The notes below the pieces were generated by a model, which did no database searches, was not told the DNA's origin, and saw only the letters and a list, made by a program, of their open reading frames with translations. Below, one piece after another: positions 30,788 through 39,817 of a stretch of 63,777 nucleotides of DNA (the stretch's first letter is position 1; each line of letters starts with the position of its first letter). The translations under genes were made by a program, and so were the position numbers. This DNA is from a virus (lineage: Duplodnaviria; Caudoviricetes). The stretch covers positions 1 through 63,777 of the IMG/VR virus record IMGVR_UViG_3300025013_000109; one strand, given 5' to 3'.

Positions 30788-32668
30788 CTAATTGTCAATT
30801 TTTAATTCTTTCTTTTCCCTTGCCAAAAATTCGTGATAGCCTTCGGGGCGGCGGCCTTCTTTTTCGTAAACACGGTAACGGATTAAAACATCAGGAAGAT
30901 TGGCGATGATATAACCGGCTTTTAAAAACTTACACCACAGGTGATAATCTTCGGCCCATCCCTGTTTGGTGTAACCATAACCGCCGACTTTTAGCAGGGC
31001 AGCTTTTCGCATGGCAACGCCTGGGTGGTTGACAAACCAATGATTGGGCATGTTGGCAGCCAGTTGCCTGGTGACCCGTTCGGGGTGATGTGTAATGAGT
31101 TGTTTGGCGCCAAAAAACTGAAGCTGAACGCCGCAAACACTAATTTGAGGATTCTCAAACATAAAATTAACCAGGGTCGTGATGAGCCGGGTATTGGCAA
31201 TGTCGTCGTGATCCATCCGCACAATAATTTCACCACTGCAAAGCGATACGCCAACGTCGAGCACTTCTGAAAACTGAAGGGTATCATTGTCAACTTCGTG
31301 GTAAATCACAGGTCTTTCAGGATTTGTTTTTTGTTCGGCCAGTTTTTTAATTATGGATGATTTACTTAACCTGGAATCGTGATTGACAATGACCAGTTCC
31401 ATTTCTCCGGCATAGTTTTGCTTCAGTACACTGTCAATAGCCAATTCGATCCATTCTTCGTTTGGATCACGGGTTGGCATAAGGACACTTACTTTTTGAA
31501 AATCCGCGTTACGGGTTGCAGGTTGCGGGTTCGGGGTTCCGTTTAAGAATTTAAGAAATTCGATTTCCTGGTATTTTAAACTTCTGTTTTGGCAAATAAA
31601 CTTCCGGGCAGCATTGGCCAATTGCTTTATGTTCGTGGTATTCTTATAAAGTGAAGAAATAGCGGTGACAAATAGATGAATTTCCTGCTGAGTATAGCAG
31701 GGATCGGCAAATATTTCACGGGCTTCGTACCGCTGCCGGATTGAAATAACAATACCTCTTGAGGTAAGCACACCGGGGATATCTCCAACGCCAGGCATGA
31801 CACAACAAATACCGGCAGCCATCATTTCGAGCAGCGCAATTGGCAAACCTTCGGATGGTGAACAATTCAGGCCAAGATCAAAAGCCTGCATGGTTTGATA
31901 CACCTTCTCCATTTCAAGGTTACCCGTAATTTTAATAATTTTCCGGAGCCGAATGTCGCCTTGAATGTATGTGTTTACTTTTTTGAAATAATTCTGGCTT
32001 TGTATATTTTCTGAAGGACCGCCAACGATCAGTAATTTCGCATTTAGGGTTATGGGAAGCTGCCTGATTATTTTAAGGGCATCGAGAATATTTTTATCCT
32101 GGGCAACGCGCGTAATCATTCCTATTACAAAATCCTGACTGGTAAACCCGAAGCTTTTTCTAATCGAAGACCGGTTGATGTGTGATGCTTTATCAATCAG
32201 ATCAACATCGACACAGTTGGGTATGACCATAAATTTTCGGGCATCGATACCATCCCAACTGGTAAATGAATCCACTATTTTTTGATGAATGGCATAGTAC
32301 CCGTCGGTAAACTGATCATACTTTAGCACCTGCGCATAAATATGGTCGATTTGGGTATGCAAAATGGTTAAATACCTGAATCCAAGTTTTTGTTTTAACG
32401 ACGTTACAGCTGGCATCATGCCACCGGCATTGCAGTTAAAAACGACATCGCAACCAATCAAAAATGGTTCAATGATTTTACTTTCAGGACAGAGGCCAAC
32501 TACCACGATGCGTACACCTGCAGCTTTAATTAAATCGTAAAATTTACCGGTTGTACCACTGAGCACAATCACATCCAGGCCGTTTCGATATGCCATTAAA
32601 ACGTGGTGGTATGAAACGAATTCGGCACCGCCAATGTCGTTGGTGCCAATAAGAAAGGCTATTTTCAT
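30788..32668 (-). CDS. Bifunctional glycosyltransferase (GT4 + GT2)
   Basis: IGGAE and EGLPIALLEMMAAG (GT4); VSVLMP, RMDHDD, AEDYHLW (GT2). Confidence 0.9.
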   Translation of the reverse strand: MKIAFLIGTNDIGGAEFVSYHHVLMAYRNGLDVIVLSGTTGKFYDLIKAAGVRIVVVGLCPESKIIEPFLIGCDVVFNCNAGGMMPAVTSLKQKLGFRYLTILHTQIDHIYAQVLKYDQFTDGYYAIHQKIVDSFTSWDGIDARKFMVIPNCVDVDLIDKASHINRSSIRKSFGFTSQDFVIGMITRVAQDKNILDALKIIRQLPITLNAKLLIVGGPSENIQSQNYFKKVNTYIQGDIRLRKIIKITGNLEMEKVYQTMQAFDLGLNCSPSEGLPIALLEMMAAGICCVMPGVGDIPGVLTSRGIVISIRQRYEAREIFADPCYTQQEIHLFVTAISSLYKNTTNIKQLANAARKFICQNRSLKYQEIEFLKFLNGTPNPQPATRNADFQKVSVLMPTRDPNEEWIELAIDSVLKQNYAGEMELVIVNHDSRLSKSSIIKKLAEQKTNPERPVIYHEVDNDTLQFSEVLDVGVSLCSGEIIVRMDHDDIANTRLITTLVNFMFENPQISVCGVQLQFFGAKQLITHHPERVTRQLAANMPNHWFVNHPGVAMRKAALLKVGGYGYTKQGWAEDYHLWCKFLKAGYIIANLPDVLIRYRVYEKEGRRPEGYHEFLAREKKELKIDN

Positions 32669-32765
32669 AAATTCTGAAGTTTGATCAGATCAAATTTTCA
32701 GAATTTTAGCAGGCAGGGAAAGGACAGGAGAAGTGGTCAGTGGTCAGTCGCAGTTTTCAGTAAAA

Positions 32766-32921
32766 TCAATTTTCGGGTGGGGATAAAAGTTTTTCGAGTT
32801 CTTTTATTTTGCGTTTGATGCGGAGAAGTTGGTTTTTGGCCTGATCGAATTGAACCCGTGCAGCTTCCTCGAGATGACGGAGTTCAATGAGTTGTTGACG
32901 GATATCGGTTGCGCGTATCAT
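32766..32921 (-). CDS. Small coiled-coil protein behind a structured leader
   Basis: MIRATDIRQQLIELR..; follows the 32945..33043 hairpin. Confidence 0.5.
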   Translation of the reverse strand: MIRATDIRQQLIELRHLEEAARVQFDQAKNQLLRIKRKIKELEKLLSPPEN

Positions 32922-33178
32922 AAAAGCCCCTCCCATCTTAATTTGCACAACACTACCCTCAAGGATAAATGTATATAAGACAGAAAGGGCCAAAAGTGTG
33001 ACCCGTTCTGTCCTTGAGGGAATAATGGATAAAAGTGTTGTGCGGGGGTAAAGATAAAGAGATTTACAATTTATTCATTTACGATTTGCGATTTAGGTAG
33101 AAAAAAAGCCTCACATTTTTGCGAGGCATTCGTTCCATAGCTGCGGAGAGCTTATTCGATATCCTACTTTTTTTGTTT

Positions 33179-33925
33179 TTAAAATAATTTTAGCTGCTGT
33201 GTTTTGTTTTGAATAAGTAAATCGTCGAGAATATCTGTTTGTTCGGAAATTTCCGAAATTGTTACGGATTGCGGGTTGCGTGTTACATTTTTGGGCATTT
33301 TAAGTACGATTTGGCTTTCGGATTCGGTGATTGGTAAAATGTATAATCCTTTGCCGGTGGGATGAAGTTGCACCTGCCAAGCTCCGTAGAATTGATTTGA
33401 TAGTGAGTTCATCCAAGCTACTTCGCCAAACATTCCGTTCAGGCACATGTTTATCAGGCACATCATACAACAGTTACGGTCGATATCGGCTCCGTAAAAC
33501 AGTGCATTGCGGTTGATCTTAGCGGCTGCCATCAGTATGCGTCCACTTCCACAGGCGCAATCGAGAATGCGGTCGCCAAAGCTGATAGGATCATTAAGTA
33601 GTGCCATAAGGTCGCAAATTGGTTCGGGTGTGAAGAACTGTCCGTTATGTCCAAAGCTGATGTGCTCCATGAAGAAATCGCCAAATACATCGCGTAATCC
33701 TTCGCCGTTGTTATCCATTTCGATGACCAGTGCGCCAAATGCTTCTGTCATGAGGTAGGCTTCGGGTTTATCATATCCGCGTACTATTTCGAGGTACCGA
33801 TTTTCCATAGCTCCCAGCGACAGGGCGCAAACTGCCATTTCCAAGAAGTCGCTGAATACGTTACTGATGCTGTTCCGACGCGCCAACTGCTGCATGTACT
33901 GGGCAAAGCTTTTCTGTTTTTCCAT
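33179..33925 (-). CDS. N-6 DNA methylase-like (HsdM-like) protein
   Basis: GQFFTPEPI and ILDCACGSG SAM-binding motifs; no NPPY/F motif seen. Confidence 0.8.
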   Translation of the reverse strand: MEKQKSFAQYMQQLARRNSISNVFSDFLEMAVCALSLGAMENRYLEIVRGYDKPEAYLMTEAFGALVIEMDNNGEGLRDVFGDFFMEHISFGHNGQFFTPEPICDLMALLNDPISFGDRILDCACGSGRILMAAAKINRNALFYGADIDRNCCMMCLINMCLNGMFGEVAWMNSLSNQFYGAWQVQLHPTGKGLYILPITESESQIVLKMPKNVTRNPQSVTISEISEQTDILDDLLIQNKTQQLKLF

Positions 33926-33928
33926 GTC

Positions 33929-34108
33929 TCAGTCTTTTACAATTATTATCATTTTCCCGTTTTCGACTGTGACATGCACTGTTTGGTGTGGCTGAAACCC
34001 GGCATCGGCCAACCAGTTTCCTTTTAGTGTGAGTTTTGGCACCTGGTGGTAATTGTCGTGGTACTTGCCTTTTACATACTCGGGTTGAAGCTTAATCACT
34101 TTTGTCAT
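33929..34108 (-). CDS. symE: SymE-family (type I toxin-like, AbrB fold) protein
   Basis: PKLTLKGNWLADAGF..V.V.VENGKMII signature; likely start ATG 34108. Confidence 0.8.
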   Translation of the reverse strand: MTKVIKLQPEYVKGKYHDNYHQVPKLTLKGNWLADAGFQPHQTVHVTVENGKMIIIVKD

Positions 34109-34145
34109 TTGTTGTACCACTGCCCTGTGGATTTATGTAGGCTGG

Positions 34146-34333
34146 CTCTCCTGTTAATTTTGAGCCAACACTGAATTGAGCAGACCGGAATTAGTCAAGG
34201 GCCACTTCGACACGTTCGGTTCGACTGCTTCGCGCTCACCGACCGTCTCAGTGACCGATCGAAGTGAGCTTGTATTACCCTTTACTTTTCCGGGATGCGA
34301 TCAATACCTTCGGGGCAAAATTGAGTGAGAGAG
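34146..34333 (+). promoter_or_regulatory. Long imperfect hairpin, Frpo-like ssDNA promoter A
   Basis: Arms attgagcagaccgga..gtcaaggg and ccctttacttttccgggatgcgatcaat; unpaired TACCTTCG -7 box; REP elements in the loop. Confidence 0.65.
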
Positions 34334-34472
34334 AACCTTCTGTGATTTACGATTAGCCTATTTACTATTTACAATTTGGGGTTAACAATGTGGACACCTC
34401 TGGAAACAATGTGGACACCTCGGGGCACAAAAAAAGGAGGCGTGAGCCTCCTCAGATTTGAAGTTGAAACGA

Positions 34473-34646
34473 TTAACTTCCGTAACAACTGATGTAAGCG
34501 TTGTATTCGAAAGAAACGAGTTCTTTGTCAAGCAATTCGGCTGCTCCTTCGAAATAAACCGAATCGAGATAAGTAACGAAGGCTTCCCAAAGGTTGGTAC
34601 TGTTTTCCTGAACTTCTGCGGCTGATTTTAATCTGTAAGTTTTCAT
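34473..34646 (-). CDS. 57-aa protein (not in ORF track)
   Basis: MKTYRLKSAAEVQENSTNLWEAFVTYLDSVYFEGAAELLDKELVSFEYNAYISCYGS; own hairpin upstream and terminator (34427..34452) downstream. Confidence 0.65.
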   Translation of the reverse strand: MKTYRLKSAAEVQENSTNLWEAFVTYLDSVYFEGAAELLDKELVSFEYNAYISCYGS

Positions 34647-34647
34647 A

Positions 34648-34823
34648 CTGTAGTTTTGTTAAAAATTATATGCAGTTTTTCACGGTCAAACATCTGGGGT
34701 AAACAAAGAGGAACTGGAATAACGGATCGAAGTGAGTATATGCCGGGAAAATCCTTGTTTAGGTGAAACCCTTAGCCCAGGATATTGACCGTTTCTTAGC
34801 GTGTAATTTTGCTACAAAACCAG
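34648..34823 (+). promoter_or_regulatory. Hairpin, Frpo-like element B (second family)
   Basis: cacggtcaa/ttgaccgt and aaaattatatgc/gcgtgtaatttt pairing; TAATTTTG box; core shared with element C. Confidence 0.55.
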
Positions 34824-35040
34824 AGTGGAAACACCAAATGCAGAGAGCAGTGGGCGTTGAGAAAACAGCAACGCAGGGAAGCTCACCAACCTAAGATCGG
34901 TTTATGGGGCGGCTGGAATTGCCTGTAAATATGAGATTGCTTCCCGCTTCGTGCCTCGCGGTCGCAATGACGGCCCTTCGACTGGCTCAGGGATCCGGAG
35001 CGACATAAAAAAAAGCCTTTCGGCTTTTCTTGGGTTTCAG

Positions 35041-35352
35041 TTAAAATGGAAGGTCGTCTTCGGCGGGTTTTGCTTGTTTTTTTCGTGATGGCTTTTGTGC
35101 CTTTTTTTGTTCTTCAGGACCATAGGGCTGTGTTGGGATGGCTGCCGAAACTTTGGTCTGATAATAACAGGTGTGGGTGCGTCCGAATTTGTCTTCTTGT
35201 TTCAGTTTAGCCACTTCAAATGAGAGGTACTTTACTCCGTTCTTTTCGAACACGGCTTTTTCGAGGCCTTCAACTGGTAATACAATTCTCACGATGTCGA
35301 GGTTTTCTACCTGAGTTCCTTTTCCGATGTAATGTTTTTCAAAAGTTGCCAT
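35041..35352 (-). CDS. Small protein with SSB-like acidic tail
   Basis: Start MATFEKHYIGKG at 35352; ends EDDLPF. Confidence 0.7.
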   Translation of the reverse strand: MATFEKHYIGKGTQVENLDIVRIVLPVEGLEKAVFEKNGVKYLSFEVAKLKQEDKFGRTHTCYYQTKVSAAIPTQPYGPEEQKKAQKPSRKKQAKPAEDDLPF

Positions 35353-35530
35353 AATATTGAATTTAAGGTTATAAAAAAAATTTATACCGGGTGAACTTAT
35401 TCTGAATGAGGGTGGCAATGGAGGAACTGGAATACCGGAACGTAGCGAGGATATGCCGGGAAAATCCATTGACGGGAACCACCTTGAAAGAATACACCTT
35501 TGTATATAATTTTGACTAACACTCAATATT
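35353..35530 (+). promoter_or_regulatory. Hairpin, Frpo-like element C (second family)
   Basis: TTG-20 nt-TAATTTTG in the right arm; core gaggaactggaata..atatgccgggaaaatcc shared with B. Confidence 0.6.
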
Positions 35531-35927
35531 CTGTCAACCATAGAAAATTTGCACCGGCGAATGGGTACTAAGGTAAACCGGGAGATTGGGATAGTATTGT
35601 TGCCAGGTGATGGCCTGATCGTGTTCGGTAGAATATCGGTGAAGTAACTATTGAGGCTGTGCCAACGAAACGAAGATGACCGGCGGCCCACGTTAATCAG
35701 ACCATGGCGGCGACATCAACAGCATGGTGTCCGGAACAAAAACACAAAAGGAGCGAACAAGCATTCCGGAAGATGGCCTTACCAACTGAAACTAAATGAC
35801 GAAAGGCTTTTAGGGGAGCGGTGGTTCGACTGCTCGGTTCGATACGCTTCGCTACTCACCCACCATCGGTGAGTGCGACAATTTATGAGTTAGCGAATAA
35901 AAAAGGGGAGCGTTAGCTCCCCTTTGG

Positions 35928-36305
35928 TTAAAGATTGATCAGTTCTTCAACGTCGTGCACTTTCACGTCAAGTGTCCGTTTCATTTCGTCGATCACTGAG
36001 CTGATCACTGCCGAGTTTGAAGTTTTGAACTCGTTCCCGCTTGCATCCCGCAGACTAATCACAGAACTCAGCGAATCGGCCCCGATCTGGAAGGTCTGTA
36101 ACTTCCGGCGCGAATCGTTCAACGTTTTCCACCGGTCAATCAGCATCGACAAATCTTCCACCCGCTGGATGCGTTCTTCGAGGGTCATTTTACGAGCTGC
36201 TTCTTCAACTACGTCTTTCACAACTGTCATAGTTGGAGTAACTTCTACCACTTCAACAACTTCAGCAACACTGGCTGCTTTTTCGGCATTATTTGATTTA
36301 CCCAT
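35928..36305 (-). CDS. Hypothetical protein
   Basis: 125 aa ORF with hairpin upstream and terminator (35899..35926) downstream. Confidence 0.7.
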   Translation of the reverse strand: MGKSNNAEKAASVAEVVEVVEVTPTMTVVKDVVEEAARKMTLEERIQRVEDLSMLIDRWKTLNDSRRKLQTFQIGADSLSSVISLRDASGNEFKTSNSAVISSVIDEMKRTLDVKVHDVEELINL

Positions 36306-36357
36306 AACATTTTGCCCATGCCCTTGGGTCTTATTTTGGCATCTGGCTCGCCGGTTA

Positions 36358-36570
36358 AAATTAAATTACGGGTAGTATCCATTGAGCCGGGCGGAATCTA
36401 GTCAAGGGCGAATGTCAGGTTTAACGAGTTGCGGGTTTCGGGTTACGTGTTACGAGTTAAAGGTGACCGAGTGCGAAGCAAGGTTTAGTTATGTCTATAC
36501 CGCTAAACTAAACCACTAAACCTCCCTTTACTTTTCCGGGCGGCGATCAATAACTTTATCCGGAATTTGA
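36358..36570 (+). promoter_or_regulatory. Hairpin, Frpo-like element D
   Basis: attgagccgggcgga..gtcaaggg / ccctttacttttccgggcggcgatcaataacttta. Confidence 0.6.
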
Positions 36571-36648
36571 GTGTAACTACTTTCTCCGTCATCACCGGTA
36601 AGCCTGATTTTTAGAAACAACCAAAAAAAGGGGCGAAAGCCCCTTGAG

Positions 36649-36801
36649 TTACAATCCCGGATCAGCATCTGAATACCCATCGTAAACTTCACCGTAATAA
36701 TTAAGTTCATCATCCTGATTACAGATATCTTCATCTTCATGATAGGCTGAACATACTGTACAATCACCATCCGGACGGCAACAATTTGAATTTTGAAACA
36801 T
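36649..36801 (-). CDS. 50-aa acidic Cys-containing protein (not in ORF track)
   Basis: MFQNSNCCRPDGDCTVCSAYHEDEDICNQDDELNYYGEVYDGYSDADPGL; preceded by the repeated leader motif, followed by a terminator. Confidence 0.65.
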   Translation of the reverse strand: MFQNSNCCRPDGDCTVCSAYHEDEDICNQDDELNYYGEVYDGYSDADPGL

Positions 36802-36856
36802 AGTTTTTGCCGCTGCCCTGCGGACTTATAAAGGCATCTGGCACGCCTGGTTGTTT

Positions 36857-37342
36857 TTACTGAATGAAATTTTCCTGATTAGCAAACTTTGATTCCACTT
36901 GTTCGCATCCCCATGCATCGCGCATATCTTCCATCGACATGATTTTACCTGACTTCTTGAAATATTCTCCTTTGTGCCAGTACCATGCCGTTTTCGGATG
37001 TGAGAATCGGTAACCTTCGCCTTTCAAAGTTTCCCTTACTGCGAAGGTGTTTCCGGTAATCCAGATCCATGAGCCAATCAGTTCGATTGTAATATCTGGT
37101 AAGCAGATGATCCGATCAAGCCGCTCGCGCATTTCTTCTGAAACCTGCTGCTCATATTCCTTCCTTGCTTCCGAAAAATCAGTATTACTGTTGATAAGCT
37201 TTCTTGAAAGCCGGTCATACAAATCATTGATCACCTGCATGATTGCCGTATCACCACCTTTGTCCGGGTGATACAAGAAAGCAAGGCGACGGTACTCCTT
37301 GCGCAATTCATCCAACGTCTTAACACCTTCAAAAAATTTCAT
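36857..37342 (-). CDS. J-domain (DnaJ-like) protein
   Basis: LRKEYRRLAFLYHPDKGGD (HPD motif) plus C-terminal GSWIWITGNT domain. Confidence 0.88.
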   Translation of the reverse strand: MKFFEGVKTLDELRKEYRRLAFLYHPDKGGDTAIMQVINDLYDRLSRKLINSNTDFSEARKEYEQQVSEEMRERLDRIICLPDITIELIGSWIWITGNTFAVRETLKGEGYRFSHPKTAWYWHKGEYFKKSGKIMSMEDMRDAWGCEQVESKFANQENFIQ

Positions 37343-37379
37343 AGTTTTTACCGCTGCCCTGCGGATTTATGTAGGCTGG

Positions 37380-37569
37380 CTCTCCTGTTAATTTTGAGCC
37401 AGCACCAATTGAGCAGACCGGATTCTAGTCAAGGGCGAATGTCAGTTTCGAGGCACGCAGAAAGTGACCGAGCGCGAAGCGTTGTTTATGCAAATCACAT
37501 CCGGGAAGCACAAACCCTTTACTTTTCCGGGATGCGATCAATAACTTCGGGCCAAAATTGTAGGAGAGA
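37380..37569 (+). promoter_or_regulatory. Hairpin, Frpo-like element E
   Basis: ctctcct/aggagag, aattttgagcc/ggccaaaatt, attgagca/tgcgatcaat, gtcaaggg/ccctttac pairing; TAACTTCG in a bubble. Confidence 0.65.
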
Positions 37570-38161
37570 TAATACCTCTCTGCCTGAATAGGCGCTTAGT
37601 CGGCATTCTCTTTTGGTTCTTTTCTCTGATGCCGGGCGGAAAATCTAAGTAGCAAAATCAGAGAAAAGAACGGCGCAAAATTTTCAGGCCGTAGGTGGTC
37701 CCTGAAAATTCAGATCCCGAGTACTCGGGAGATGGCGCAAGGTTCTTTTTGCCCGCTTTTTCTTACAAGAAAAAGCGTAGAGAAAGTTCTGTGCTTAGAA
37801 TCAATCTAAATAGTATTGATTTTCGCATCTAAAAAAAAGCAAAAAACTAAAATTCAAATAAATAGGTATCTAAAAGGGTGGAAAAACACCCTTCTACTTA
37901 TAGTTAATCCCGAACCGCCCTGATCGTCTTTTGTGCGCACAAGGTCAAAAATGGCGTTATATGCTGAAAGTTGCATATGTTCTGTATAGTGGAGGCTCTA
38001 TCCAAAAACCCATCGCACGGACGAAGGTAGTGCGATACCGAATGTGTTTGAAAGCAAAAAACAGGTGAATGCGAAGCACATTCTCCTGTTGTGGGTAGTG
38101 GAACAATCATTCTGAATTGAATGAAAGGATGTAATGAAATTATGAATGTTTGTGTATCGGG

Positions 38162-39817
38162 CTATTGGTTAAACACCGTTGACATTGGTATTGATGTGAC
38201 TTGCCTTGGAAAGAAGTTCAATCCAATAAACAGATCATCCCATGCATCAGTACCGTCGGTACGAAGTTCGAGCGGATCATCTTCAGTCTCTCCAAGTTTC
38301 TCGCCAGCCTTATTCTTTTCAAAACCAGTACGGCCAATTCGGATCCCACACATCTCCATTGATGGAAGCAATGCCGGATTGTTCGCCCGGTTAAACTTTG
38401 GAAACAGATACTTCCGACCCTTAAGTGAATCATCTATAACCTGATGCTTTACTTTGTGTGTCCAGGTATTGCCGATATAAACCGGTTCAACACTCCAGCC
38501 ACGGCGCGACAGTTCTTCAACAACTATCTCCTGAAAGTTTGGTGCATCTTCATCAGCATAAGCGCCATCCAATGCAGTGGAGTTGTAATAGTAGATCACA
38601 TCCTTATTGCGGATGTACTGGTAGTAGTCGCACCAATCGCGGCAGAGTTCCCTGATCTTTCGGTTGAACTTCACATACTTGCTCGATAGGGTTTTCATAA
38701 CAGGCTCAGCACGTTGGCCTGTTATGATCCAATTGATGTTTGCATTATAGTCTAATGTAATGGCTAGTGGCACTGATGGATCAATGTCACCATCCTTCAG
38801 GCAATTGTCTTCAGCAATGCGGTCAAGGTCGAGTGTGCCTTTTGCGGTCCGGAGGTTATCCAGATAAGTAGTATTGTCGGCATCATAGTAATGCACTTCA
38901 GGTGTAAGATTAGGATAGAAACCATCAGTCAGTTTGCGTATCCGTTTGTTCATGATTGAAGTCATGAAGATGACCGGCGGCAAAATAAGTTTCTGCTTTT
39001 TAATGTATTCGATACCAACTATTTCAAGGTTTTCAATGGTGTCGTATTCTTTGTACAGGAAAGCGTTTTGCCTCAGGAAAAACAGTTCGTCGCGTTGCTG
39101 TTGCATTTTCCTGACAGCATTCGCGGGCATTTCAGGCATAAACCGGTATTTGTCTTTCAGGTAATTGATATGGGCAATCGTATTTTCAATGGCCTGTATC
39201 AATTCAGGGTCCATAAGCTTTTCCTGGTCAAGTATCCATTGACCTTCTTTACTGGTTGGCATATCCGAAACAATGGTATAGCCTTTCCATTTATGGCAAC
39301 TTTCGAAGCGAGGTTCTGTGCCCGACAATGTTGGCATAACTTCCTCAAAAAGTTTTTCCTTATTGATTGATCGTCCTTCGTCAATCTTTCCCCAATCAGT
39401 TGTTAATGAGTTGGCCGAAAACCTCACGTCCTGGCTTAATAAATAAACACAAGTTCCATTATAAAAATGTATTGCCTGGTCCCAACTAACAGGTTCAACT
39501 ATCGGAAGCTTAAAGTTCATCCATTTGGGAGCTTTGCGGCCAACAAAATAATGAACATCGCGCTGATATCCGTAACGTTTCAAAAAGGCAAGGGTGTGTG
39601 ATAATGTTTTACCAAGCAACTGTTTGAAGTTGCGCTGGTAAAGAAAACCTGATGAGCCTGGCATGTTTTGAATATCGTATAATAAATCAGGACCTTCAAT
39701 GCCGTCAGATTTTCCGAAACGGCGGGCGCCAACGATACATTTACTGTTTGGGCTGATCTCGTGCACGTACATTTGTGCCGGGTTGAAATACGCTTTCTTA
39801 TTCGCTTTCTTCTCCAT
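38162..39817 (-). CDS. terL: Terminase large subunit
   Basis: Walker A GARRFGKS, Walker B KIDE, C-terminal nuclease acidic residues (ITLDYN, TDGTDAWD). Confidence 0.85.
   Translation of the reverse strand: MEKKANKKAYFNPAQMYVHEISPNSKCIVGARRFGKSDGIEGPDLLYDIQNMPGSSGFLYQRNFKQLLGKTLSHTLAFLKRYGYQRDVHYFVGRKAPKWMNFKLPIVEPVSWDQAIHFYNGTCVYLLSQDVRFSANSLTTDWGKIDEGRSINKEKLFEEVMPTLSGTEPRFESCHKWKGYTIVSDMPTSKEGQWILDQEKLMDPELIQAIENTIAHINYLKDKYRFMPEMPANAVRKMQQQRDELFFLRQNAFLYKEYDTIENLEIVGIEYIKKQKLILPPVIFMTSIMNKRIRKLTDGFYPNLTPEVHYYDADNTTYLDNLRTAKGTLDLDRIAEDNCLKDGDIDPSVPLAITLDYNANINWIITGQRAEPVMKTLSSKYVKFNRKIRELCRDWCDYYQYIRNKDVIYYYNSTALDGAYADEDAPNFQEIVVEELSRRGWSVEPVYIGNTWTHKVKHQVIDDSLKGRKYLFPKFNRANNPALLPSMEMCGIRIGRTGFEKNKAGEKLGETEDDPLELRTDGTDAWDDLFIGLNFFPRQVTSIPMSTVFNQ

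Noticed and set aside
35353-35691. N-terminal half of the 216-aa ORF 35041..35691
   Set aside because: Runs through hairpin element C with atypical composition; real start is likely 35352.
36528-36770. 80-aa ORF in the track
   Set aside because: Crosses a terminator; the alternative frame 36649..36801 has the leader motif and ends just before the terminator.
34100-37600. CRISPR array from the dispersed repeats
   Set aside because: Repeats are long, irregularly spaced and separated by genes; no cas genes and no constant-length spacers.
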